Source: Kudoa neothunni (lineage: Eukaryota > Animalia > Cnidaria). Taken from it: a DNA stretch of 64,000 bases. Where the stretch lies: the NCBI GenBank assembly GCA_964304625.1, contig OZ199839.1:4653376-4717375 (forward strand), in the 5' to 3' direction. The notes beneath the pieces are model-generated. The model made no database searches. It was not told the DNA's origin and was given only the letters and a program-made list of their open reading frames with translations. The position numbers and the translations under genes were made by a program. This document shows positions 1 through 12,710 of the stretch, in pieces. How positions within the stretch are numbered: the stretch's first letter is position 1; every line of letters starts with the position of its first letter.

Positions 1-970
1 AATATGTGGCATGTAAGTTAATAAGAAATTATTGGTCTATTCGATCTAACCGATATTTTCACAAAGTTTTCGTTAATCTAAGAATAGTTCAATACGAAGA
101 AATTTTTTCAGGGCAATTAAACGGTACGTTTATTTTTAAAAGGGCGCACTCCTTCGAGAAACCAGTTGATATTTGAATATTTTAGCATTACTGTAATTTT
201 TCAAACCAAAAACACCTTTACATTCTAGATTTAATCGTATTTTGTTAGTTAAATGTGTATATTTTTGAACCAGTAAGTGTTCTTGATAAAAAGCAAGGTT
301 GGATTTATTTATACATCGGGAAATTTTGTTACAATAGTGAATACGTAAGCTACCGCTCACAGCCTTTAAAACATCATTGGCATTATTATAAAATCGCCAA
401 AAAGGAGTAACAACTAATATTTATATTTCGGAGGCTTCTTAGGTTGATTTTACTTTTTTTATCATTTGTAGACTAATAATAAATTTTATAACTGGAAGGA
501 TTAATTTTATCGCAAAATTTTGAAAAGAACTGAAAGTCCTATTTAAGTTACTTAATGATTTTGTTTCATAAATAACTGAACTTTAATCGCTATTTACATT
601 TCATTTAAAATTAAGGTCATCATAGTTTTGGCCAATAATTTGTAAAATAAACTAAAATTACTCATTAATTTCTTTCCGTACATCTATTTATATTTGAATG
701 GAAAGTGTGTGCATAATTTCGTTTATCTAAATCATCACATTGCAAAAATAAAAACAAGCTTTAAAATGCATAAAATAAAATAGAAACAAAATTTACAGGG
801 TTTAAAGTGCTAATTAATTAACTCTGCCGTAAAATTTCTCCATTCAAAAATACAATTAAAAGTTAAAATTTTCCATCACACTGTGCCAACCAAAACTGGG
901 CATTGGCGCTATTTACTTAAAAATCAAAAAGGCTTTAGTCTGCGCTAGGTGTTGGCCTACTTGGCTGGGC

Positions 971-1006
971 AAGAGAGCCTTCGCGAAGCGGGGCTTTTGC
1001 GCTAGT
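971..1006 (+). mobile_element. Putative Helitron 3' terminus
   Basis: GC-rich hairpin agccttcgc-GAA-gcggggct, followed about 8 nt later by CTAG|T (1002-1006), the canonical Helitron 3' signature. No Rep/helicase ORF is seen upstream. Confidence 0.5.
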
Positions 1007-1252
1007 ATTTAATATAACTATAAAAACAAATCTTTAACAAACAATAAACACGTATCGCTACGTTCATAAACAAAACAATTAATTTTTGTTCGCTGTAGTA
1101 AACGGAGGACATGAAACGATTAATTTAGCGGTTACATTACGATAAAACTTTCAACTGAAACATTAACCTCACGTGGCTCTATAAATTTAGGCGCTGTTAT
1201 GCATAAACGACCACTTATGTAAGAATATGATCAAAACCTACCATCATTGTTA

Positions 1253-4200
1253 CTAATTAAATTCGGACGAACTATATATATCCATAAGGCTATTCTTATT
1301 GGCCTTCAGAAGACCAAACTCATTGATTGTTTTGTCGATCTTATCAAGTAAATTGTCAGCCATTCTACGCGTACAACTATCTGAAGTCTTGGAAACTGGA
1401 TATAACACTTGAAAGGATCTATCCCAAGACGCCTTTTTCCAAAAGTTAACGAATATAAAACTAATAGTTTTCCTACCTTGATTTCGTCATGGAGTATGGA
1501 TTTAGTGATGGTATCCTTTATAATATTTTGGGGTAGTTTAAATTGTTCAACAAGTGTTGTTAGCCTAAATAAATCACAAGACAAAAATTATGAGGAAACC
1601 TACTTAACGCTGGCAAAGCGATGCAAAAATGAACAAAGATATGCCAAGAGGCATTGCTTTTTTATTTCCCTAAAGGGTTTTATAACAAAAATAAAATTGA
1701 ACATACATCAAAAGGAGAGGCTGAGCAGATGAAAAAAGGGGAACTGATTTTAAGATCTATGATTATGAAATTATTCAAAATTTATCCACGAATATATCAT
1801 AATTACATCCAGCTTAATTATAGTGGAGTAGCAACTTTGCCAATCACCATTCATAATATGTTTGGCAGCTGAAACCACATACTCACCGGTGGTAGATGGG
1901 GAAACTATATTATCAGTTTATTTTCAAGCAGAGAACCAACGAATGTTCAACCTGAAACAATATGGTTGTTTGAACGCTTGATATAATCCGAAAACAGGCT
2001 GCATTTGTTGCTGAGTTTGCTGTTGGCCTGCATATTGTCTACACGGAATGTGAAAATACACGTTTCAAATAATCATGTTGATACCACTCAACGATCGGGT
2101 GAATAGGAGCATAGATGTCACTAATAAAAGTGCTTCCATTAGTTGGAAATTGAGTTGCATATAATAAGGAATCTATCCGTTAAACTATTAAAACATCCAT
2201 TGGCCCTAAAACATACAGGATATCTCTTATCTTTGATATCACGTTTCCTGTCAAAGTTTGCCTTGGAACCGTTCGCTCTCACGGACTAAATTTAATGGCA
2301 TTAATCAGAGCGGTGGGAACTATGGGTGGTACTGCTTGGCCGATAAGCTCTTTCAGTTTATTCGTATCCCATAACGCTGAAAGAATACTGTAACAATCTT
2401 GATAATTACCATGGCGGAAATAACAGACGGCTAATTGAATAATTGTGCGATTGTATTGAATCTAATAATTTATATAGTTAACGTTGTCAAAAAAGAAAAA
2501 CAAAACCTGAGTGTATATATCGCAGGAGGACAATCTGTTTTGAATATTTAAGGAATAAAATAAATTCTCTGCCTTATCCAGCTCGTTATTAACCGCCATA
2601 TTGTAGATATAATAGAGTGAAGCTTTCGTCCTGGTTCCGCCATGATTACTGTGCTTCATAATTTCATCATAGAGATGTTCGACAGATGGATTATTGGTCA
2701 ACGTTTTATCGTCGGTCGAGGTAATATTTCCCGTGAATCCTAGCTGGGTTACGAGTGAATGATATATGTGTTGGTTTGGCTATACAATATATTGAAATTA
2801 GTAAAAATTAATTTAATAAGCAAAATAGTTGAACTATTGTCGAATTGAAAAACAAGATCCGTAAAAAATCTCTTATCACTAATACAATAAATTTTAAGAG
2901 CGAAATTAATTAAATTATAATTTAAATGAACTGAAACTATTCGATTAATTATGTTAATATAAATTTGGTATAGTGTAATATGGATGGCCAATATTTTTTA
3001 AAATTAAAAAAACAACAACTTTTTTCTCTATTTGTATAAGATCTAACAAGATTGAATTAAATTGATGAATCAAATAAAATAGACACTAAGAAAAGTTACA
3101 GAATTTTATTCAAAAATAGATAAAGAATTCGTTGCTCACGTTTTCAAGGTTATTATACACTAAAGTTCCACCACGCACTTGATTATATTAGTGCAGGGCA
3201 CATTAAATTATTAAACGTTCGACCATGGGATTCGTAGTTTCGGCTCTCCTACATAATCCAACCGTATTTATAGTATTAAATATCCCTCGAAACTGATTTT
3301 TCATCGTTTAAATCGGAGGTTACTTAAACAAATAATGATAATGAAGTTGAGCAAAATATAAATAATTTCTCATCTGTAAACATGTTTCAAATTTCTTGAT
3401 CTAATTGATTCATAGAAAATATAGAATATTATTAAATTCCATTAATTATATTAAACCATAATATATTATGCTTATTTTCCCAAGTTTATCAACAAAAAAT
3501 TTAAATAGCACATGTAAACAATCTGAACATCCGTAATTAGGGAACATCAGTGTTTCCCAACCTTTTTCAAATGTATTTAATTTTTAACTTAAAATGCCTT
3601 ATAATTTTGAATCAAACTTCATGCCACATTAAAATTAGAAAATGACTAATACATATTTCTTTTTCATTAGAATAAACATGTATTCGATCAGATCTAATGT
3701 AATTAATAGATGGACTTTAAAAATTAACATTTTTATTTCTTCATTCAATCAAAAATCGCGTTAAGTGAAACTTGTGGTAATCCAACCCGCATCAAGCAAA
3801 ACTTTTCTGTATTCAGGACTTATAAACCCAAATTAAATAATTAATACTGAAAATTAATCAATAATGTTTTTGGATAAGTCAAAAAAATAAGGGATCACGG
3901 TTATAAATGTGACAACATTGGAATTATAATCATTCCGATTCTACTGAGCAAAAATCATGTTAAACGTTTTTATATTGTTTTAGGATATTTACATTCGCTT
4001 AAAAATAAACAAGATCAAAAATCGAAGTATTTATTTCAGTGTGCGCCACACTGCCCAGTTATCTCACTATTATCCATGTCACATCAATGCCCAGAATTTT
4101 CCAAGTTCTGCGAGAGCCGTTCATTAAACGCTCAAAGATTTCCATGTCCCATCCCCACGTTGAGAAACACTAAGCACCATTCATGATCGATTGATTTGAA

Positions 4201-6985
4201 GTTCCGAAATATTATTACACACGTGAGATACCAGCTTAAAAATAAGTCTGCTGGTAGATATGTTATTATTTTCAAAAAATAGGTTTATTTTAATCTGCGC
4301 AAAATAATAAAAAAGATAAAAGCGATGTTTTTGTAAAATCACTAGATACGTAAACATATGTGAGCACATTGAGCCATATTAAAGATTTGGGTAGGTTAGT
4401 TATTTATTTAGCCAAATAAATCAACAAAAATAACTCAACGTTTCAAATAAAAATTAAGAATGCGGCCAACTAAATCAGGGAAATGATATCTAAGATAACT
4501 CAAAACATCTTGACACCTCTCATAAATGACTAAATTAATTTACGCCTAATTTTGAAGGAAAAATGAAACAACACAAATAAAGAAAATTCCCTTAATATCT
4601 ACTATTAAAAATATTTTATGATTAAATATTTTTACAAAACTTCAAAAATATTCTTATATTATATGTAAATAAAATACACTTGTAATTAAATTATTAAATA
4701 AAGTTGTTGCGACAAACTGATAAATTTTCAAACTATGAATATTATCTCAGTGCTTTCCAATCCCATTTTAACCGCTACACAAAAAAATGACCTCCTACTC
4801 ATTTTAAATACTATGCTAACGAAAACGATTTAAAATTTTGAAGTATAATTAATACAAAAAATATATTTTATAACTTTATTCAAAATAATTTTAATCCAAA
4901 TTTCAAAAGCTCCACTTACCTTGAAATAACTTAGTTCCATCTTAATCAAATGTAGTTCAGATAAGCGATTGCCGATACGATTATTGGAAGACTTTTCAAT
5001 ATGACATTTGTAATAGTTGACCGACGAATCAATCAACATAGTCAAATATGATTCATAGTACAATCTATAAATTATGAATTAACCAAATAAACCCAACAAA
5101 TTACATGTCAACATATTCTTTGACGTTGTGGTCACAGGCGTTGAGCAATGACACAAAATGTTCGTCAGCCATATTAACAAATGTATACAAATCTCCTTGG
5201 AGTACAACGTAACCGTGTTCGTTGGGTGTATAATTCGGTTCAAACAAATTGCTTACAAAACTGTCTGCTTCTGCAGAGAACAATAATTTGTGAGCAGGAT
5301 TCAAACACAATTTAACCAATCCGATCAAATCAACCACAGCTTCAACCCAAAGCTTGAGTTTTTCCATAATAAGTTCAATTTTTCTTTCGTTACGACCTCT
5401 ACCAGCAGATTCATATGCTGACGCATCATCCGCCATACTAATCGAGCCAATAGAGTCGGTTGACAGATTCTCAAAGATAGCCATCACTATTTCCAACGTT
5501 AGTCCGCACACTATATGAATTCCAAATTGGCGCTTTTTAGTTAGATTCATCATGTAAGTCAAATCATTCTTGTAAGAAAGGTAATAACTCTAAACGAAAG
5601 AAAAGAAAGTGAGGAAAAATCATTTATATATAATCAAAACCTTTTTTCCGCGTGATTTCATTATCTCTTTGACTTTATTGAGGAAAGTTTGCAACGAAAC
5701 ATGGTCTTCATTGGAGAAAAGCTTTGTCTGTGTCAAGAGTTTGGCACATTAGACCTTAAATAAAGAACAAGTAGAGATGACTTTACTTCATGTGAGAGCT
5801 TGGGTTGATCAGATTCGGTAACTTCTTCCTTCTTCTTAGTAGCTTTGACATCTTTTTCCTTACGTTCTCTTTTCACCGTGGTCTTACTGAAATCCCTAAA
5901 TAAAGATGGCGATTTAAACTGTAATTTGCATACTAACGTTAGTATACTTTTTGAGGAAAAATTGTCTAAGTTGAGCTGGAGTCTGGTTTTCACCTAATGT
6001 CGGGATATCAAATGAAGATGTTGAATCATCGCTGCCAGTTTCATCTTCATCCGATTCCTCATCCGACGATGGCGACGCAGATGATGATGACAAACTCTGG
6101 TCAACATTCTAGCTGTGGGTTAAAATAAACTAATATTTAAAAGTTGTACATTGATATTTAGGTTTTCCATTTTTTCAGAAACGTGAGATTCTACAGTTGT
6201 GTTATCGAAATTTGTGACGAAATCATCTGAACAATTTTCTGGATGCTATAGATTGGTTGCAAATCAGGTATGCAATAATTCACAGTAATACTGTTTTAAG
6301 CTCGTTGATAAGAAGTTGAAATTCAGCATTGTTACGTCTTATTTTTTGTCTCAATGGAGCCAATGCCTTTAATAGTCGCTAAAATAACACATATAAAGGT
6401 ACACAAGAATACTCTTAAATCAGCTTTGTTCAGTGCGGACTTTTCGCTTGAATTTTTCCATACCTGTAAACAAGGAGTAATATATAACGCAGTAAATACA
6501 ACGTAATACATCTTCAACTATTGTTTCAAGCGATACCAAACATTTTATAACAAACCACGGAATCTTGGATCCAGGAAAAGAAGATTTTGATTTATTGATT
6601 GATTTTGCAAATAAATCATACTCTATAAAGCATATTATGGGGCAGGCAAATATTTTAATCACCTTCATGAGCCATTTTAAAGTTTTTTTTAGATGCATGT
6701 GCATTAAGTTTTGAGACGTGTTCATTCAGTAAATCAACCCTTGAAAAATTGAATATCAATGAACAAAATAGAAATACTTTTTATGGAGATCTGATTTAAT
6801 TGTTCTCTTAACGTCTGCTTCATCATCATCACTCGACACCAAGAACCTAATGCTTCATACAGATCATACGAAAAATAGTGCCATTACTTAGTTGCTTGAG
6901 CTGGTTTCTGAGAACCCTGTATAAAATTATCAGAACCTTCGTCAGAATCACTGCTGGAACTCAATGCATTGAAAAATCGCGACAT
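1253..6985 (-). CDS. EIF3C: Translation initiation factor eIF3 subunit C, multi-exon
   Basis: Spliced translation starts MSRFFNALSSSSDSDE...KFLVSSDDDEADVKRTIKS (eIF3c N-terminus MSRFF...EDTKRVVRS). Later exons read TRTKASLYYIYNMAV...DIYTQ|IQYNRTIIQLAVCYFRHG, IPYYMQLNFQLMEALLLVTSMLL and the PCI segment LTTLVEQFKLPQNIIKDTITKSILHDEIK. Many short GT-AG introns and one ~2 kb intron (about 2880-4919). The stop codon at 1253 is tentative. Confidence 0.92.
3548..4172. mobile_element. Non-autonomous hAT (Buster/Charlie-type) MITE in the large EIF3C intron
   Basis: TIRs cagtgtttcccaacct ... acgttgagaaacacta match the autonomous-type hAT at 28352-31100. Degenerate 8-bp flanks gggaacat/agcaccat. Confidence 0.7.
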
Positions 6986-7329
6986 CCTTCAACCCAATTA
7001 TGCGCACGCCAATTTGCAGCTTATCTTTGTAGCGTGATGCTAAACATCATATTTTGGAATGGTATTTAAAATAATGGTAAATAAAATTGAATTGATTCTT
7101 TTAAATTAAATTTTAAAAAGTTTCTAATTTTAATTAAATCTAAAGTGTCAGTTTTAAGTGACGTTAATGCGCAGGACTTCCAGGCGTCACAATTCAATAT
7201 TTTGTAATATAATAACAACAATTGTATAAATTTTTATTAACTCTTTCCGTGCTGAGTTCAAAATATTTCTTCAGACTACCATAGAGTATCTGTGAGACCC
7301 TCTATGAATAATCAAATTAGCTTAAAAAT

Positions 7330-7640
7330 ACTTTTATTCGTTTATAACTGAGTCAAAACATCTTTGAACATATTTCTAAAATGTTTTAGGTATTAAACGC
7401 TTCATATATCAAAGTCGATAACTGGTTGTGAAACCGGATTCGATTGATCGATTTGTATTATAACATTTAACCGCAATATTACGCCTAAATAAATTTTGGC
7501 ATAAAATTTTTATCTATATTATATAGTTATAAATTTGGAAACTGCCATATTTAGAATAAGAGTTCTAAATTCATAAGGAAAGCAACCCAAAAACTCATAA
7601 CCATAACATCAAATTGTTCGAGTAGCATCGGTTCATGATT
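7330..7640 (-). pseudogene. nad2: Possible nad2 5' remnant (NUMT)
   Basis: NNLMLWLWVFGLLSLWI...QIYNYII* resembles W..LE.NLLSF...KYFLIQ, and IESGFTTSYRLW resembles KLG.APFHFW. Weak. Confidence 0.3.
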
Positions 7641-7809
7641 CCGCCCTTAGGCTATCGCAGCGCTTTAATCTCAAAATCAGGCTCCCACACCTTTAAATCA
7701 CCAAACGTCCCCTAAAACTCATTACGCGATTAAATGAATTTTAAACATAATTATTTTAAACGCACATCTCTACAACTCTACAACAATCAACAGACCGTGG
7801 CGGTTATGA

Positions 7810-8018
7810 ATTAATTTTTGTATATCCTTATCTCGCAATTTAAATTTGAAAATATCTAGCCTAAACCCAAATTATTGTGATATATCTGATTTAAATATCC
7901 ATAACAAATATAAATTAATATTTTCAGCGACTAATATGATGTTTATGAACAAAACCTTCTCACCAATTAAAAATTTGAAAACATTCTTGTTATAAGCTAA
8001 ATATAAAATAAAATTTTG
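7810..8018 (-). pseudogene. nad4L: nad4L remnant (NUMT), abutting the Merlin insertion
   Basis: AYNKNVFKFLIGEKVLFINIILV vs LNRKNLIIMLMSIELMLLAVNL, then FGFRLDIFKFKLRD vs IGLAILVAYYRLRG. Confidence 0.45.
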
Positions 8019-9072
8019 GGCTAAACTGCAGTTTGGATGATGTTTCGACAATTGTCGGAAATACTCGCGCATCGGTATTTAAAATAGAGTTTTCGATAGA
8101 TAATATAGACACTATGTTATTAGGAGACTTGTTTTTTTAAACCCAATTTTAAGAAACTTTTTAACACGCTATAAAATTTGAGGCTGCTGCCAAACGTTAA
8201 AAAGTGTAGTAAACGCTCATCAGATATGTATCTGATAAACCAAAAAAATAATAATGATTTGTATATATTTTTTCGCGGCGTTTGCAAAACGAAAAGTTCC
8301 ATCAGAAACGGAACCTTTCTTGAAGGGTCAAATTTATCGTTGTGGCAGATATTTGCCCTGATGTATTTTAATCTAAATGACAAATATGTCACATAGAACA
8401 ATATGTAGACAGTTGTGCATTGGTTCTGAGCACATTGTAGTTAATTGGATGTGTTATATCCGAGAGATTTGCTCTGAAGACTTAGACTCCCATCGCGAAA
8501 AAATTGGTTCTCCCGGCTTAGTTGTTCAAATCGATGAGTCATTTATTTATCTGCAGGAGGAAATACCATCGTGGAAGAATTTTGGTCAACCGGTCTTGTT
8601 GGATTGTTGGAGGAATTGACAACAATGACAATATTTTCCAGCAAATTACAAATGTTCGAGACAAACCTACGCTGGAAAATATCATCTTGAACAATGTCGA
8701 GTTGGGCTCGATGATTTGGACGGATGGTTGGAAGGGATACATGTATTTTTCCCATATTGGTTATCAACACGAAGTTGTGATCCACAAAGATGGCTTCAAA
8801 AGAATGGATAGAGTTCATACTAATCGCATCGAAGCCATTTGGGGGACAGTAAAAAGAAAGTATCGCCACATCACCAACAAGAGGTCAGAATTGATGGGTT
8901 CTTACCTCTCAGAATATCACTTCAAAAAAAATTCACTGTTGAGACTTTTAAAATATATATTAACAATTAATTAACTATATCTCCATTGATAGTGAATTTT
9001 ACATATTTTATTTTATTGCTTTCGAGCATTCCCGACAATTGCCGAAGAATCTCCCCAAACTGCAGTTTTGTC
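8019..9072 (+). mobile_element. Merlin (IS1595/ISXO2-like) DNA transposon, frameshifted
   Basis: TIRs start ggctaaactgcagtttgg. Perfect 9-bp TSD aaaattttg (8010-8018, 9073-9081). ORF pieces contain VQIDES, RKYHRGR, IWTDGWKGY and HTNRIEAIW. Confidence 0.92.
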
Positions 9073-9089
9073 AAAATTTTGATCTAATA

Positions 9090-9420
9090 GTGTGATCAAT
9101 TAAGAGCAAAGCATTTATGAAATTTAAATAGAACAAATTTCTCTTAGTAGGAATTTGAAGGAAATTGTCTTGGATGGGGTATCAAGTATACCTACATAAT
9201 GCAATAAAGGTTAAAGATTCTAAATAAAAAAGAAATGTCACAATATTAAAAAGTGATAATAATGTATTTTATTTATAAGATTTTTTGTTTTGGGCTAAAT
9301 TTTATCGCCTAAATTATATTCAAAAGACGATATACCACAAATTCACATTTTTTTGTTTACAACGTAAAACCCCTGGCGCAACATATTAGGTTATGGAATT
9401 CTGGTTGGTCAGACCGGTAA
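9090..9420 (-). pseudogene. nad1: nad1 3' half remnant (NUMT)
   Basis: 9372-9316 reads GFYVVNKKMWICGISSFEY, an ungapped match to GFNVEYSG.GFALIFLAEY. It is preceded by TRIP (NRAP) and followed by FIALCRYTWYPIQDNFL (FIWVRAS.PRFRYDQL). Confidence 0.65.
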
Positions 9421-9424
9421 TCTA

Positions 9425-10150
9425 GGAGCAGATGGCTCCAAAAATTAGCCGTGTTACGCATGCTCTGCATTCCCGATTTTAATCTAATTCAACTTAATAC
9501 ATTTTTTAAATATTAAGGGATAACGAACCAATTCCAAAAAAGCTAAATTAAAGAATCTCAATTTTCACGAGTCGGGGGGGGGGGGGGCATCGGCGATGCT
9601 ATAATCATATTATTAAGTTCGGTGCAACCACCTTGAATAGTATTAATCCTGGTTTGGTTACCAGCGCTAGATTCGATGATTTGATAAACAACGGTTACTA
9701 ACTTAATTCTGGTTCCAACTGATAAGTGTTTGTGAAACATTATTTTATCATAATGGTAAGAATATTCATCCTTATTTAAATGAGAATAAAACGATAAATT
9801 CTCGAACCAATTTGTAACTTTCACGTTAATAGTAATTTCGTTCAAACAATTTATATGAAATTTAGAATATAGAATCATCTCCAGGTTTTTTAATATATAA
9901 ATTTTTCGAGGAAAAAACATTCACGTTGAACACAATTTTTGGAGGTTTAGAGTGAATATATATCTATGTCGCAGCGTTGAATTCTTTCCAGCGTGCTCAT
10001 TTTTACCTGTACAGGTATATAAATTTAATAAAATACTAAATTTTCTTATGTTTCTTTTTATAAACAAATTTATTTCCATCACCGAGTATACTATTGTCGT
10101 GGATCGCTTACTGAGGAGTCCACCAATAAACAATAAATTTCATGAAACCT
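9425..10150 (-). mobile_element. Decayed MULE transposase fragment inserted in the nad1 fossil
   Basis: ORF 9558-9920 VYQIIESSAGNQTRINTIQGGCTELNNMI resembles the MULE C-terminal motif WNVY...RTNN..EGWH..LN. It lies between the two nad1 halves. Confidence 0.45.
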
Positions 10151-10154
10151 AGAC

Positions 10155-10400
10155 GATTTTTAAAAGACAATTAAAAGCTGTCTATAAAATAGCATGATTC
10201 ATAAAAATACATTTTATTTTTTTTCATTATATAATTGAAATCCTAATTAAAACGAAGATGCATAAGTGAAAAGGCTGAAGGGATTAAGACTATAGAAAAA
10301 ACAGTATGTGATAACTTTAATGATTATATATGAGATTCTTTATCAATTATTAATAGGAATAAAATTGTATTAAGTCAAAGTTAAATAATATTAATCATAA
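10155..10400 (-). pseudogene. nad1: nad1 5' remnant (NUMT)
   Basis: FLLIIDKESHI*SLKLSHTV resembles FLTLLERKVLGY.Q.RKGPNVV, and LQPFHLCIFVLIR (LQPF at 10280-10269) resembles LQPFADAIKLFIK. Confidence 0.5.
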
Positions 10401-10429
10401 TTATTTAGTATGAGTGGATCTATACGAAT

Positions 10430-10660
10430 CTTTTATGGTAAAAAGCGAGGTTTAAATCATTTTTAGATTAAACCCGATTCTTCATTCGGCATATAAAGTT
10501 ATATATTTAATTTAAAATGGGTAAATAGAATACGATATTATTACTTTAATTTAACTAACTTTCGTTTAAATTTATAAAATTCAAAGGTCTAGTTTTATTT
10601 CAAATGCGACGATTTTATAGTAAATCTAAAGCCTTATTTTAACAGTTTTATTATTATAAA
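10430..10660 (+). pseudogene. rns: Possible mitochondrial small-subunit rRNA remnant (NUMT)
   Basis: Ordered degenerate 12S-like motifs: gattaaacccgat (10466), aaatggg (10515), gattttatagtaaa (10611). These are short motifs in AT-rich DNA. Confidence 0.3.
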
Positions 10661-10699
10661 TTTGATAAAACATAAAATATAGTATAATATAATCTATTT

Positions 10700-11165
10700 A
10701 AATTTAATATTGTTATTATGTAGAGATAATTACATTTTACCTTATAAATATTTTTGCATCCTAGAAAATTATACTACATTGAGAAAAAAAATTAAGTTCA
10801 TTTGAACAGTTTTAAGCAAACTAAATACTTATATTCTCTTTTTTTTTGGTGCATTACCATTTGAAAAATTAAATTTATAAGGAAAAAAATACGATTGAAT
10901 CTATGTAAATTTATGAATATATTCACCGGACGAGAAATCTATTAATACATCATTTAGAATACGTTAATCATTCTGAGATATACAAAATATATAGTTTGTT
11001 TGTTTGCTAGGGTTTATTACCATAATCAATAATGACTGGCATTAGTATTACATAAATTTATTACATTACTGTTGCTACCTTTGTGATTCAGTGCAGAAAT
11101 AATTAGTAAACAAGGAACATAAAGACACACCAAAGATTAATCTTAAAAATAACAAATTTCATGAA
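10700..11165 (+). pseudogene. rnl: Mitochondrial large-subunit rRNA remnant (NUMT)
   Basis: Six 16S 3'-domain landmarks in the expected order: ggtgcattaccattt (10848), gacgagaa (10929), ctaggg...taatc (11007-11027), ttgctacct (11072), gtgcagaa (11091), attaatctta (11136). Confidence 0.6.
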
Positions 11166-11169
11166 TTAT

Positions 11170-12685
11170 TTTAATCTGCTATGGGATAAAGACTGCAATA
11201 CAAGAAAGGATATCCTCCAAAAGTTTCCACTTATCATTGTATTTTGACCGAAACCATTCTTCCAATATATACGAATGGAGCTTAGAGCGTGGAACTCCAC
11301 ACATATTCCTTAAAATTTTGGTCTTTAGGTGGTACCAAATCATTTCCACAATATTTTTATGTGAACCGTCTTCAGAAACATATTCTATCGAATGATTTAT
11401 TCCGTGGTGGCGATAAACATGGGTGGATGGTGGACGATATGCTAACCATTCCTCACTATAGATAGATGGTGGCGTTTGGTTCAACCTCATTTAAAATGAT
11501 TGGAATACGGGTAGCTATATCTCTCTTTTCTACAATGAAAAAACGAGATTCAACGAGGGTTCGTGTCCCATTATCGTTGACAGAACATTCGCATATTCCC
11601 AAAATCCAAGAACCATCAACTCGGTTACTGTATCTCTCCACATTTGAGTTAAGGCTTGAGTCATCTTGGTCTTCGTCATCACCAACGATAAATTCATAAG
11701 TTGCGTCCGGATCAGTTCTCCACTGATCTAATGAAAGATATCTCCCACGGTGATTCTTTCGTTTCCCTCTCAAGAGTGTTTCATCAATTTCGATGTGGTT
11801 CCCTTTCCTCCCATTTTCGTTCGACCCAAAAAAGGTTATCGCAAATTTCTTTCATGCAATCAAACCTAAAAGTCACAATTTTGCTGCTTATGCCAGTTAA
11901 TTCTATTGCTGTGCAATGGTTTATCTCCATTGCCCACATGTAGATAGGCTCAAAAATATCTTCTATTGTAAGCATTGAGGCATTGTAACAACTTTTCCCC
12001 CTTAATTCAAAAAATGTTGAATTTCTTACGGAGAAATGTGTTTTACAATCAGACCTACAATTTTAATCAAATTAGCGGAACGACTACACAATCTCTGGGT
12101 CACGCCGCGCAAGCGCGAACAATTTTTTACAGAAGTGAAGCACCACCGTCAGCGTCAGAACCGAGCACATCCACACCATTCTATTACCGACAACATCTCG
12201 CCTTATCCTTTAATAGATTTTACTCGCGAATCCGACTCATTAGCTGAATAACATACGCTGAAACCTTGACTTGAAAACCTCGACCCTCTTAAGCACCGTC
12301 ACTTTGGATACAAACTTTCCCGCCTTCAACTGCTTCGTCAATCACCGCCTTGTGACGTAGAGGACGAAACGTGAACTTATATACATTAATTTTTTTTTCT
12401 TTAAACTTTGATTTGTTTAAATTATGTTTTCCAGAACAACTTATTGACAAAATTGTTTTGCTTTTATACGAAAATAAATATTACAGAAGTTAATTGATCT
12501 TTTCAATTTACGCGTTGGAAAGTAAGATTAATCCTCTTTAATTTAATCTTATTTAAATTAATATTCATTATAATTGTCGATTTACTTCTCTCAATAAATA
12601 TATCAGAGAACTAAATTCAGCTTTTAATTCGATCAATAAGGAATAGACAATTTCTATTTAATGGTGCGACGGAGATACGTAACCA
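11170..12685 (-). mobile_element. Merlin/ISXO2-like transposase pseudogene (long-insert variant)
   Basis: Fragments contain IDET..RGKRKNHRGR, WILGICE, VEKRDIAT, IYSEEWLAY, INHSIEYV and YILEEWFR. A possible single TIR lies near 12663-12684. Ends are uncertain. Confidence 0.75.
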
Positions 12686-12710
12686 TTGTACTCAAATAAT
12701 GAGTTTCTTA

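Noticed and set aside
1409-1872. Plus-strand ORFs overlapping EIF3C, and other antisense ORFs over transposases (e.g. 41523-42056)
   Set aside because: They are shadow frames of recognised opposite-strand coding sequence.
10278-10296. gggattaagact as the 12S GGATTAGATACC motif
   Set aside because: It overlaps the better-supported minus-strand nad1 LQPF region.
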